From NCBI RefSeq assembly GCF_001194135.2, contig NC_068983.1:137708486-137772485 (forward strand): a stretch of 64,000 nucleotides of DNA. Direction: 5' to 3'. The notes below the pieces were generated by a model. That model ran no database searches and was not told where the DNA came from. It was given only the letters and a program-made list of their open reading frames with translations. Source of the stretch: Octopus bimaculoides. Lineage: Eukaryota. Made by a program: the position numbers and the translations under genes. Shown here one piece after another: positions 1-12,175 of the stretch. The number at the start of each line of letters is the position of its first letter. Positions within the stretch are counted from its first letter, which is position 1.

Positions 1-390
1 AAAACGTAAACTTTTATTGAGAACAGTAACGATTGAAGTTGAAGTGAGGTTGAATCGAAATTTGTCACTCAGTGAACCAAAGAGCCAGTATCGAAGGTAC
101 CAGAAAAAAAAACCTCAGCAACAGGGAAACACGAAACCGTACTTCTGTTAGTAAATGATGAAATTACTTAAATCAGTAAATGTGAACTTGTTAGCGAATG
201 AAAACGTAAACTTTTATTGAGAACAGTAACGATTGAAGTTAAAGTGATGTTGAATCGAAAATTGTCACTCAGTGAACGAAACAGCAAGACAAAACTGTAC
301 TTCTGTTAGTAAATGATGAAATTACTTACATCAGTAAATGTGAGTAAACTTTTATGGCGAACAGTAACGATTGAAGTGAAAGTGAAGAAA
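1..390 (+). repeat. ~200-bp tandem repeat (two units plus a partial third)
   Basis: AAAACGTAAACTTTTATTGAGAACAGTAACGATTGAAGTT occurs at 1 and 201. The second unit has an internal deletion, and a third partial copy starts at ~345. Confidence 0.9.
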
Positions 391-611
391 AAACTATGGC
401 TACCGGAAGTTGACATTGAGGAACCTTTTTAAAGAAGTGAATCTTAAATATAAAGCAATATTATTTATCTTAATAAAAAAAATCAAATGAAGAGCCTAAG
501 ATTTATCCGAGGTCAAATTATTCATGTATCACAAGTATGGAACTAAATGGTGAAGCCGTTTTCACGTGAAAAGCGATTACACACACATCTCTGTTTTATA
601 TATAGTATAGA
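1..611 (-). mobile_element. Non-autonomous Helitron-type element, 5' end (3' end lies left of the window)
   Basis: The minus strand reads A|TCTATACTATATATAAAACAGAGATGTGTGTG from 611, a typical Helitron 5' TC start after an A. A subterminal palindrome TTTTCACGTGAAAA lies at 559-572, and internal tandem repeats follow. The CTAG 3' end is not in the window. Confidence 0.55.
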
Positions 612-616
612 TATAT

Positions 617-744
617 AAATTAATCAAAGGACATACTAAGAATGTCTACCTGCTGCAAATAACAGTCAAAACTCTCATATAAATGAGAGTTTTGACTGTT
701 ATTTCCAGCAGATAGACATACTTGGTATGTCCTGTGATTAATTT
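617..744. repeat. Near-perfect 128-bp palindrome (foldback/MITE-like hairpin)
   Basis: Arms 617-678 and 683-744 (62 nt each) are reverse complements with 5 mismatches around a 4-nt loop ATAA. Confidence 0.9.
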
Positions 745-918
745 TAATCTTTCAGCTATTTAATGTTTTTTTTTGGGGGGGGGGGCCTGCCATCGCCTAT
801 ATTATTGATTCTGTTATCATTTTTTTAATTGTTACAGTTAATGATATCTTCGCAAGTATTTTTTCGTGAATTATTTGCTGCATACATACATACATACATA
901 CGCACAATGTGTGCGTAT

Positions 919-1030
<112 letters not shown>

Positions 1031-1449
1031 TGAGAGCATGAGAAACAAAGTGTATGATCTGATTTACCTGAAAGTTATGTGTTTAATATATATGTCAAAA
1101 CATACATAAATATCGTGTACATATAAGGAAACATTTCTTTTCTGACTATATTCCATCTGTGTACCTCTCAGCGAGTTAGAATTAATTTAGTAGGCTGTTA
1201 AATCAACGAGAGAGTCAGATTGGAACATAAAATGCAAAACATGCATAAATCATGATTCCAACCTCATTCTCTGACAAGACATAAGTAAAGTAACAAGGAA
1301 CTGCCTAAACGCAAAAAGACTTTGGCTCCAACAAGATGACAATCACAAACTTATAATACAAAGGGCCTGAATGAATCAGCGCATTTTCCAACACCTACAA
1401 CTATTAGTTTTCAACACATTCAAACCCGTAGAATCTGAAAACTGAACGA

Positions 1450-2530
1450 AATCATTTCAGTTTTAAAATATAATAAAAATCAAAATGACTCTTAGAATCC
1501 TTCCTATGCACACACACATTTTAGAAAAACTCACCCTTTATATCACAAGCCCATACATTCTCATCCTTATACTATGATACGGATTTAGACCATTACACTC
1601 GACTATAATCCATAAAGCTCACTAAAAATACACAAAGCCTTCAGCAATAAATAACCCCGTTATGCACCTTTCTAAGTACCAAAAGCGTCAATGAAATTTT
1701 TGATTCCATACTTTGTTACCCACTTATATTAAATCTTCGGAAAAGAAGCTATTATATAGCCACTTAATCTGTTAGAAATAGCATGGAAGTCTTCTCAGAT
1801 AACATTCTACTATCTTATAAAAAGAGAACATATTAAGTCACATTTTTATATAAACAAAGTATTTCTAGATGCTCAGAGTTGATACGATTTTGAACATAAT
1901 TCTGCTCGATCAAGATTATCTGGAGTCAAACAACAATAGCAATAGCATCGACAAGATCACCAAACATCGATAAACAAACTACATCTAAAGTTGAGAAGCC
2001 TATGTAATATATTCAACATCTAGAATTTGCAGTTTCTCAAATAGAGTACTTCAAAGATCTAGCGTCTTATCAACTCTCTTTAACCTTACATGATCCTCTC
2101 ACATCTCAATATATACTGACGCCTTACTTACAAATAACATCGCAATTATATCAGCATACCATTTCACAGATGCAGCTGCGCAATTTCTTCAACCCTACTT
2201 GGAAAATTAGTCCTAAAACTATAATAAGAGGCTTACAATATCACCTATTATTCCACCGTTCCTTTTACTTCGAGCAACTCTAGAACACATCAATTACAAC
2301 TAATTATTACACTTAACAATGTGAGCATATTGTAAGTACAAAAGATAAAAATGCTTGGAATTGCATACAATATCTCTACAATATTCACAGCCCTTATAGA
2401 GGGGATGCTGAAGAAAACTAAAATGTGCACACATATATTCAAAGCACTTACATATTTAGCCAAATGCAATTAATCAACGTTAGTCCTTAGACAATATATT
2501 CTATCCACTATGGAGCATAGCTGAATACTT
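1450..2530 (+). pseudogene. Heavily decayed LINE reverse transcriptase remnant (Jockey/I/CR1-like)
   Basis: Hand translation gives only eroded motifs: KIKMLGIAY at 2342 (cf. xKYLGI) and LRQYILSTMEH at 2486 (cf. YxxxIRPxxEY). There are many stops. Confidence 0.35.
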
Positions 2531-3454
2531 TGTTTTTATGTATACAGTAATTACACCGGCGAGTCAACAATGAAGTACGAGTTCAAGCTCCGCTAGATGC
2601 TCTGTTAGCTGTTTTCTTTCAACCACTCTTTATATCTGCGCTGAGAACTTTGTTTAAATGTAAACTTATATATAGAATATCACCTTTTCAAAACCTATGG
2701 ACAGATGGAGTTGGAATCGGCTCTGAATACTAATGAAACACCCGTGAGCATGCCGTGCTTACGAAGGTAATCTACACTATTTCGTGTTACCCATTTTCTT
2801 TAAGTTGAACAAGGCCTTTGAGATTTAAGTGTCTTTAATACGGATGCAATACTGAAGAAGTTGTGAAACCAATGAATATCGGTTACAAAAAAAGAATGTG
2901 AAAATCTTAGAAACAAAAGAAAGAAAAAATGAAATAAGAAGAAAATGAATAGCCAACTTTATTAAACAATCGTATGTCAAGAAGCTCTAAACAGAGCTGA
3001 CGTGTCATGTTCAGTGTTGTAGACTGAGTGGTACCAGGTGAAAAACACAATATAGTTTTGACAAAACCAGTTTAATTCTTGCTAATGCACTTGTATAACT
3101 ATAATGCGTTTATTTCATGTTAGGTCGGCGATGTTTGCGTAATTCAATTATAGCTTTAGATTCTTTAATTAATTTCACGACTGCCATTAGAATATCACTG
3201 ATCTAAGAAACTGAACAGATTTCTCAGTTTGTATGACAGATTAAAAGTAGGAAATGGTCATTATACATATGTTAGTCTAAAATCATTTGCCTTGAATCTC
3301 TAAAGATGAAACAGTTAGTTTCATACCTCACCATCAGCAAATTTATAGTCAACATACACACAAATATACTCACCTCTACACACACACACACACACACGCA
3401 CACACACACACACATACACATACACACACTACATATGCATATAGAATAAGATAG

Positions 3455-3518
<64 letters not shown>

Positions 3519-3523
3519 TATAT

Positions 3524-3823
3524 GGCATATAACCGGTCTGAAAGTTACCATTAGTTTCACGTCTACTGTTGCAATTGGCAATATAGGCAACTCATCAGAG
3601 CTACTGGCGGAAGACACGTAGCTTCTTTAGTAATGGAGGTAAAATTATAGCAGGAATCTTTCAGATTGTTTATTTTGGTTCCACTAAACTAACCTACTCT
3701 ATTTTTACCTCCATGAGTAAAGAAGCTGTGTGCTTCCGGTTAGCAAGTCCGATGAGTTGCCTATATTGTCATGTGCAATAGTAGACGTGAAACTATTGGT
3801 AACTTTGTAACCGGTAATATACC
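3524..3823. mobile_element. MITE/foldback element with ~120-bp terminal inverted repeats
   Basis: Arm 3524-3645 matches the reverse complement of 3701-3823 along its length (e.g. AAAGTTACCA-TAGTTTCACGTCTACT, CAATATAGGCAACTCATC, AGCTTCTTTA, ATGGAGGTAAAA). The spacer is ~55 bp and the termini are GG..CC. No clear TSD. Confidence 0.8.
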
Positions 3824-3927
3824 TTAACTAAGGATATACTACCCAACTATTCGTCTACTTATAATTGCTCCAAATTTCCTCTAGAATGTGTTTTTTCTCC
3901 GACTGATGAACAACTGACCAGAAGGAT

Positions 3928-3959
<32 letters not shown>

Positions 3960-4161
3960 GTATTGGTATTCAGAAGACCTCAAGGTGACAGGTAACGCCA
4001 TGTAAGTGCTATGGAAGGACCCTAGTTAAACTATCGGTTCGATATTGATACTAGTGAGGAGTCTAATGCGGGTCTTGTATGAGCATGTATATGTTAAATA
4101 AAATGAGGCAACGAAGCCAAGGCTGTGTGGAATTTTGAGGACATTTATAGAGAGAAAGTTA

Positions 4162-4211
4162 GTCGTACAGCTGTTTCTGGGATAATAAGGATATCCCTTC
4201 ATCAAAGAAGA
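4162..4211 (-). ncRNA. Degenerate minimal hammerhead ribozyme motif
   Basis: Minus strand: TTGATGA-A-GGGATA-TCCTTAT-TATCCC-A-GAA-ACAGCTGT-A. Stem II is 6 bp, stem III is the perfect palindrome ACAGCTGT and the triplet is GUA. C3 is mutated to U and stem I is poor. Confidence 0.45.
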
Positions 4212-4712
4212 TGTGTGATGGTTAAATAGAGGGAAATATTAGAATTCAATATGAAGAGTTATTTTGGAAAAGGAAGCAAATAAAGAGTATATAGGGAAAT
4301 AGGAGAATGAATGTAGAAATAAAAATAAAAGTGCATAAAAATGTTATAGTTGCAGTTCCATTAAGCAAAGAAAGTGGTGTGTAGAAGTGGTGGAAATGCT
4401 CCCTGTCCTTGGTATGTAAATTCTAATAGGAGTTCATATTTTGTCATCACAAATGGAAAGTGTGGAGACGTAGATTCTGTGTGCTGTTCATTCAAAGGGG
4501 TCTTGTGATGTGAATGAAAATTTGAGAATGTATTAGTAGTATTAAGTGAATAGAGAGGGAAGAAGAGATATTACTCTTTTGCTAAAACAACAATGCAGAT
4601 ATCAAGTGTTGGTAGGATACTGCAGATATGTAAATAACAAATCCAATTTAAACTGTAGATTTGACTCAGGGTTGCGTAGGTATAAAAAAGAGAACAGAAA
4701 AAAGGTTCAAAA

Positions 4713-4789
4713 TTTACGACAGTTGTTTCGGTAGATTTTATTGGTGTGTTCATAGATTGCATCATAACATATAACCATCTTCAGGTAAA
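4713..4789 (-). ncRNA. Minimal hammerhead ribozyme motif
   Basis: Minus strand: TTTAC-CTGAAGA-T-GGT-(41 nt)-ACC-GAA-ACAACT-GTC-GTAAA. Stem I is TTTAC/GTAAA, the core is intact, the triplet is GUC and stem III is near-palindromic. Confidence 0.55.
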
Positions 4790-5297
4790 ATTTTAAGCAG
4801 GTATCAAACAAGTAAGATATACCTTTCATGATGAATCCAACAAACATTATTGGATAAGTGGTATTTTGAAACTAACAATTTATAGCGGTATTAGGAGTGG
4901 CTTTAACGGGCATGCAAGAAGCAAAGAGATCAAATAACTATATTAACTTCAAAACACTCATATAAATTTGTGCATAGCTAATACTGGCTATGATGACCTA
5001 GAAGAATCACAGACATGCTGTAGCCATGAGTTGTTCTTAAGGTCATTAAAGCTAAGTGCATATCTTGTCAGTTAAGTGAGATAAAAGAAAACAAAACCTC
5101 AGGGCAGCAGAAAGTCATTAAACTGTCACCACTTTTTTGCCTTGCTCCATTCAACTTGACTAACCATAGGTATACACGTATTCGCGGTCACACCTCTACG
5201 TACACACACACACACACACGCACACACGGAAACATACAGAACTACATACACACACTCACACACGTACACAGAAACACACTTACACACACACACACGC

Positions 5298-5345
5298 GTG
5301 CCTTCCCCAAAGCTTTAGGCCTTGTGCCTACAGGAGAAATTCTTC
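5298..5345 (+). mobile_element. 3' tail fragment of the tRNA-derived SINE family also at 12176 and 23226
   Basis: CCCCAAAGCTTTAGGCCTTGTGCCTACAGGAGAAA matches the reverse complement of the SINE end at 12181-12220. Confidence 0.55.
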
Positions 5346-5398
<53 letters not shown>

Positions 5399-5466
5399 CT
5401 TCTTCTTCTTCTTCTTCTTCTTCTTCTTCTTCTTCTTCTTCTTCTTCTTCTTCTTCTTCTTCTTCT
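5346..5466 (+). repeat. Compound (TTG)n(TTC)n tract between a SINE tail and an R4/Dong tail
   Basis: Read directly from the sequence. Confidence 0.95.
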
Positions 5467-8400
5467 ATTTAAATAGTCCATGCTAATTTAATTAGCAGGA
5501 ATGTTATCTTGAGGTTGGGTGGCAACATGTCTCCTCAAATTTCAAGACTCTTTCTTAGGATTGCTGCAGAATATAGGGTAATATATTTTCTGCAGGTCGA
5601 CTCTGCGAGTTTCAACACACCACTCTCTTTCAGTCTCTTAGATAGCATCTTGGGTGTTGTGCCAAGTGCACCAATTACCACAAGAATAATTGTTGTTTGG
5701 CTACATTCTGATATTTCAATTTCTTTGCTATCGATTCTGTTATCATAGGAAATTGCAAAATATATAGTTTTACACAGTTTATTTCGTTCTCTGTAATCAT
5801 ATCTGGTCTTGTTTCAATAGAATGGCCAGGCTTTATGCGGAAGTTCCACAAGATCTTGTAATTCGCATTTTCTATCACAGCCACTTTTCCGTTATTTTGA
5901 AGCCACACTCAACTAACATCCCAATACACTGTTTTACCTACACAGTCATGCCTGCGCTTATACTATTTTTGTGTTAGTATCCACTTAAGATATGAGTGAT
6001 ACTTTCGTCTCTTTTCTTGCTGCCTTAGATATTCTGCCTTAGATATTCTTCAACGAAGTCTGCATTTCTGGGTGTCAGAAGTTTTATAGATGTTATACTT
6101 CACTGAATTGGTAGCTTGTGCAGCAATGATCAGGCATTCGGTGGTATGCTTCAAATCACCTCGCTCAAGTCATGCCCACGATGCTGTATTATCCTTAACG
6201 TCTTGTGTACTCCCTTCAAACTGTCCATGCATTCTCATTTCAAGAAGGTCTTCTTTTCTCTTCTCCTCAGCTCTTTGGTTAAACTCTTCCTTGCTAATCA
6301 TCTCATCTGCATTTATACCCACATCTTTCGCGGTATATTGCAGCAGGTCTTCATCACTATTTATCAAATACTCGGCAAGCATTCTCCTTTCACTCCTTAT
6401 ACAATGGTCTATACTAATTAGTCCTCTACCACCATTCTTTCTTTTCATATACAGACTGTTTAAGTTTGCTTTAGGGTATAGCACCCCAGGCAGCGTCATC
6501 AACTTTCTCGTCCTTCTATCCAGTGCTGATATTTCTTCCTTAGTCCATTTGAGGATGGACGCACTATATCTGACCACCACAACTGTCCAGATATTCATTG
6601 CAGTAATCAAATTTTTGGCATTTAGGTTGGATTTCAACACCATCTTCACTCTTGTTTGGTTAAATAATGAATGTTTTTCAAATTTCCCAAGCAATTTCAG
6701 GTCATCCATAAACAGAAGATGGTTCAATGATGGACCTTTCTTCCCACATCGGTAACCCATCTTAACTTTTTTAAGTGTCATTGTTATGGGTAGTAGTACA
6801 ATTACAAAAAGTAACGGAGAAATCGAGTCACCTTGGAAGATTACCCTTTTAATATTAACTTCTCCAAGGAATACATTACTTGAGTACAATTTGGTTTTCC
6901 ACTCTTTCATGCTATGCATCAGGAAATTTGCGATATTGTCAGCAACACCAAACATCTGCAGGCATTCAACGATTCAAGAATGAGGTACCAAATCATATAC
7001 CTTCTTAAAGTCAATCCAAGCCATAGACATATTTGTATGATGTCTTTACAATGCCTCAAAACTGTTTTATCGATGACCAGGTGATCCTTGGTACCTTGAG
7101 AACTCTTCCTACATCTTTTTTGTTCCGTTGGTAGTATTTCTTCCTGTGCCAGGAAAGTGTATGACTTTGTCGCACATATTCTAGTGAGTATTTTCAAGAT
7201 TATGTTTAGGCATGTTATAGGACAGTAGTTTCTCACAATATTCCCTTTTCTTCTATCTTACATTATAAGTGTTGTCCTTCCAGTCACCATCCATGTGGGG
7301 ACTGTACCTTTCTGGACACACTCATTCAATTGGGCTGATAGTCTTTCATGCACTGCGTGGCATCTCTTCAACCAGAAGCCACGAATCCCGTCTGGTCCGG
7401 GGGTCTTTCCAGTTAGACACTTTACCCACTTGTTCTTTCACATCACCCGTGCTTATGAAAATATTCCTTTGTTTCTTTCCTCTTTGTAATTCTGTCTTGA
7501 TAGTTCCTATCCACGTTGCATCCATTTTATACACAGCATTGTTTTCTCATAATCCGCTCCAGAACTCCTTGGCTTGATTTGTATCAGGAGCAACATTTTC
7601 CCCATTGTCTCCTTACGTTCGGAAGAATTGCATCGGGTTACTTTTGAACAATCTATTCTCCTCAAACTGCTTATTTCTGTCCACAAGTCTGATCTTCTGG
7701 CTTTTTGCCATGATCCTCTGTCTTAACTGCTCTATTACTGCATCAAACCCGTTCTTCCGTATTTTATATTTCTTCTCTAATTTTTCTCGGTCGGTCTTTT
7801 TCTCATTTTTCCAGTTTCCTCTTAACCATTGCTCAATTTTTCGTTTACCCGCATTATGTCTCTTTTAATGTGACGTTTCCACCATGGTTCTTTTGCTCCA
7901 CCATTTTTTGTTCTCTTAATTTGTAATTTCTCCTCAATAGCTCGGAGAAGATTCCTTGTTCGTGTTATGTCATCCGTCTGGATGTATGGTATGACTATTT
8001 ATCTTTTGTCTTACTTTATTTATCATACTCCTATCTATCCTTCTCATATTTTTTCTTCTTGAGCATTCATCAAGTCGGTGAATCGTCTTTGAACTTCAAG
8101 CAATTCATTATCTAGTTGGTTCATTTTCCCTGCATGTCCACCCACCACAGTCTCAGGGTTAGCCCCATCATTATTCCCCTGTTTCTCCTGTCTACTCTTA
8201 TCCCTGCTTTCAACTCCTACCTCTCTGTTTTCAACTTCGACTATCCTTTGTAGTCCATCCGCAGGGTCTCTCATACTCTCACTAATCCGAGATATTTCTA
8301 CTCCAGTTAAGTAACCATTCCTCCTAATCACTCTCATTTGGTTCATTAGTTTATTTTCTGACATTGGACACATGTCCTTTTCCCTCTAAAGTTTCAAGGT

Positions 8401-8660
8401 ACGTCGGTTTACTCCGCGACTTCTTTCCAGCTTTGCTCTTTCATGACATTCAATAAGTGTATCGTACTCTTCCTTCGTCTACTTATGCCTGTTTTTGCGC
8501 ACACCGTGTACGGGAACTGCGAGCAGTTTCGGACGTGCTGGGCGGGAAACCTTCACCATGATCGGTTAAAGCTTCATTCTCGCCGTCAATTCTTTCCTTG
8601 TGTTATATCATGATTTCATGAGTCGTTCGTGGGGTTCCCACGAGAGTTGTTATGAAGATC
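5467..8660 (-). mobile_element. Near full-length, decayed R4/Dong-type non-LTR retrotransposon (RT + CCHC + restriction-like endonuclease)
   Basis: N-terminal Myb-like segment (TKEEYDTLIECHERAK...MCPMSENKLMNQMRVIRRNGYL, 8044-8480). RT motifs NYCPITCLN (7236), KDHLVIDK, IFQGDSISPLLF and HLLFMDDLKL. Thumb region LYMKRKNGGRGL. RLE region KILWNF..ETRPD..LQFP (5675-5908). C-terminus LQK..AILRKSLEI, a short 3' UTR and a (GAA)n tail. Multiple frameshifts and stops. Confidence 0.9.
6170..6955 (-). pseudogene. Reverse transcriptase fragment of the R4/Dong element (261 aa open stretch)
   Basis: ORF track: KRVIFQGDSISPLLFVIVLLP, LNHLLFMDDLKLLGK, RYSASILKW, LYMKRKNGGRGLISI. Confidence 0.9.
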
Positions 8661-10605
8661 CCATCTCACTCTTCCTCCCTTTATTTGTATATACACGTGC
8701 ATATGTATGTACATACACATATATATAAATAACGTGTTTGCATTTTGTCGCTCCCATAACCATAGTGATTATCATTACCACCATCGTTCTACCTATAGCA
8801 TTTAAAATTATTATGGTTGAGTAATGTACGAAGGAAATTGTTGCCTGTCATTACAAGATACAATTTCTGTCGTCATTTTTCATTTCGTCAACTTGGAGAA
8901 AGTAATTACCATGCATATGCCGGGATTAATCAGTGTTAGTTGACTAAACGCTTTCCTTACAAATCTGTGGCATTATTGCTTATGTAATATACATACCATA
9001 TGAACACAAGGGGAGCAATAAAGTAGCATATTTGATAAGAGATCTGAAATTATACTCTTTTTCAGTATTTCCTTTTGTCTATTTATCTTCATATGGCGTC
9101 GAGTTTCACCTTTCCAGGATTGATATAAAAAAAATAAGTGCCAGTGATACACAAAGGCGGATTCTGTAAACTAAGCCCTCCCTTTCCGTATTTGTGACTT
9201 TCAGTAAAAATATGGATATTACAAACAAGGTGGCGATTGGAGTAGTGCAAGTCAAGATGACACGCGATTTCAATAATTGATAATGTCTTCGTTAAAGATA
9301 TGAACATCGCAATATACCATTACCTTGGTGAATTTTAATAATCATATTGGTGTAATAAAGATATAAGCTCATAACCTGTGTGATAAATCTATAAAGCTAC
9401 AATAAATCTGGGCTATATTGCATTATGATATTAATATTAATATTGATATCTAGTGATGTTCAGAGTATGGGGTTAAGTATGATTTTGTGGATTCATATCA
9501 TAAATCCTAAATAGATTTAATGTCAGAAGATATAAAATATAACTCTCTACTCAAAATAATATACGATAATTGATATACAGAAGACGTTTCTATTTAGTAT
9601 GGAAGGTTGAAAGTAACATAATTATTGAGATATTTAAATTGCCGTTTCTTCTCTGAATTCATAGTTAAAATGCTTGTTGTCTCCGCTGACCTTCACGCCA
9701 AATAATCCAAGCTGTAGCTTTCATTGATTGTCTGTCTCTTTCTTTGTGTTAACCACTTCAGACTGCTTCTAAGCTGTCAGTAATCTGAGTTCTTTCACTT
9801 CACTTTCACCTCACACGTTTGTGAAAGTCCATTATACCAAATATAGTGTTGCAAGCTGCTGGTTCGGTACCCTATTGTTTTAGACAATTGTGACTCGTAA
9901 TATTACAGTATTATACATTAACTAAAGGGCAAAGTTGTGGGCAGAAATAGTCGAAGTTCTTGGAGTGGATGAATCAAATAATTATTCACGCTCCGTCTCG
10001 GCTCCAAATCCAAATAACTGCGGCTGACTTTATCTTAATGGAATTAACGATTCTTTATTTCTACTATGGTGAAGAGTAGTGAATTGTAATCACTAACACA
10101 TCATTGAACAAATCTCCTCTTAATAATTACTTTTGTTCCTCTTGGTTCCAAGTTCAGTTCTAACAAAAGTTGAATTTACCTTTTTAATTTCCGAGCTCAT
10201 TAGATATGTGTCAGTAATATGAGTTAATTCAATCAATTATACTCCATTCGAAAAGAATTTTCCTTACCATACACCGTATACTGTGATACTAAGTCGAGAT
10301 CTATTTCTTCCAATTGCTCATTTTCAAATAGAGATTACAGGACAAGTTACTCAATCCAGATGATTTAACTCTTACGTAGCCGACTAGCACCCCAATCTCT
10401 CTATTTAGGTGTCTTTCGCAACACTTCTGCCAAGAGCTATAACAAATGGTTAAGGTAGCTTAACAGTTCACAGTCTCTAGTCTATCTCCCGAAAAGTTTG
10501 GCACATCGTGCTGCTGAAGGTACACGTGCATCTTGAGATCGAGTACCATGTGCTTGGTGCAGTCCGTCGTGAAGGAGACCGCTGAAAAGGTTTTGTAACA
10601 TTGTA

Positions 10606-11468
10606 CGAGATGGTTTCAAAATCTTCCCGGACTAGTTCTGTAGTGCGCACACGGTTGCGCGCACAGCGAGAGCTGGCAGTGTTATTCATGAGGCAGTGTA
10701 CCGAGTGACATTGCGTGTGTTTACTGCTTAAGTTGTGAAATTTGTGTTTTTGTGATCACGTGCATTTTTGTCATGGACAGGAAGTTGCGTTAAACTTGGC
10801 AAATCTGCTACAGAAACATTGATCATGCTTTGGCAAGCTTACGGCGACAAGGCAATGAGTCGTACGCAATGTTTCGAGAGTCACGGGCGCTTCAAAAGCG
10901 GAAGAACATCCATGGAAGACGAAGAGCGATTTGGGAGACTTTCCACGAGCGTTACTTCCGGAAATGTGGAGAAAATTCATCAGCTTGTGCATGAGGATCG
11001 TCGGAGGACAATCAACAACGTTTTGAAGCGTTTGATGGAGGACATTCGGAAAAAGCAACAGAATCTATGGAGTGCGAAGAATTGGATTCCTCACGACGAT
11101 AATGCACCCTGTCACTGAGCTCTCCTCACTCGTGACTTTCTCCCCCAAAACAACATGGTATCGTTTCCGCACCCGCCCCATTCACTAGATTTAGCACCTG
11201 CAAACTCCCATGTCTTCTCCAAGATGAAAATGCGGCTCAAAGGTTGCCGTTTTAACACCGTTGACGAGATCCAGAGAAAATCGCAGAAGGTCCTCGACTC
11301 GCTTGGGGAAAACGACTTCCAGGCCAGATTTTAAAAGTAGCAGGAACGCTGAGAACGGCGTATTGCTGTACAAAGGGACTATTTCAAAGGAGATGATGTT
11401 AAAACTTAGGTGAATAAGTTATTTCTTTATTAAAAATAACTAACCCGGAAGGTTTTGATATGACCTCG
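10606..11468 (+). mobile_element. Internally deleted mariner transposon
   Basis: TA-flanked imperfect TIRs (TA|CGAGATGGTTTCAAAATCTTCCCGG versus the reverse complement of the right end TA|CGAGGTCATATCAAAACCTTCCGGG). HTH N-terminus CVKLGKSATETLIMLWQAYGDKAMSRTQCFE..RFKSGRTS. HDDNAPCH and a decayed SPDLAP (HSLDLAPAN). The central part with the first catalytic D is deleted. Confidence 0.9.
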
Positions 11469-12175
11469 TATCTTCCAGCAATCATCTTAGTACAGATAAT
11501 GCAACCTTCATGTTATCTAGTGAAGAAACGGTCAAAAGCTGTTCTCGTGGCTAGCATGCAGGCTGTGATATATTTCCCTTGAGTCTAACTTCCTAAATTT
11601 ATTCAAAATAACAAAATATATATTCCGTGTTGAAAGCTATATAAAAATGCGGTCACTCTTCCATTATGCATATCCATTAATATCGTGAATATTGTAAGTA
11701 AATACAAACTGAGTGGTGCATTTCAGTTTTTGCATATCTACATTGACGATTCCGAAATTCCATTCGATATCTGTTAGTAAGAATTGTCTGAGAGATGTGA
11801 GCCTAATTTTTCTTTCTACCGAAGCTCGTGTGTGTTTCAGATAGCTCATCAACAACCCCAAACCTGCTTCTTGACTGACAACAATGTTAACCAGTATTCT
11901 ATTCTGCTTTCCAGCTGCCCTTTGTGTTATTTTTTCTGCTGAGGTCTTTAGAATAATAAAGCCTTCAAACTATCCACAAATGAAGTGAAGTGGTTAGCCT
12001 TTCATCATATTTTTATTCATATCTTTATTCGTTCCCGAGAGAGAGGGAGAGAGAGAGAAAGTGAAAGAGAGAGAAAAGTATTCTAGGATTGCTCTAGTTT
12101 ATGTTTGTAGATGTGATCCAATATATGAAACTTCAGTGTTACCACGTCTTTTTTTCCAGACATTTACAACTTAAT

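Larger units (their letters stand above)
4100..4800 (-). mobile_element. Decayed Penelope-like (PLE) pseudo-LTR region
   Basis: Inferred only from two minus-strand hammerhead-like motifs with the palindromic stem III typical of PLE repeats. No convincing ORF. Confidence 0.35.

Noticed and set aside
1-390. CRISPR-like or prokaryotic system from the regular repeats (also 52468-52568)
   Set aside because: These are plain tandem repeats with no unique spacers and no cas genes, in a eukaryotic context.
6090-6755. 221-aa + strand ORF (and similar ones at 7269-7868, 30627-30944, 43530-44177)
   Set aside because: These are antisense shadows of retrotransposon RT/RLE frames.
8600-8670. Possible HDV-like ribozyme at the R4/Dong 5' end (CGTGGG-AAC-CCCAC-GAA)
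   Set aside because: I could not build P1, P1.1, P2 and P3 in the required order by hand; only a hairpin is supported.
10409-10454. 46-nt exon candidate (VFRNTSAKSYNKWL)
   Set aside because: Good acceptor but weak donor (GTAGCT), short, no homology; expected by chance in 64 kb.
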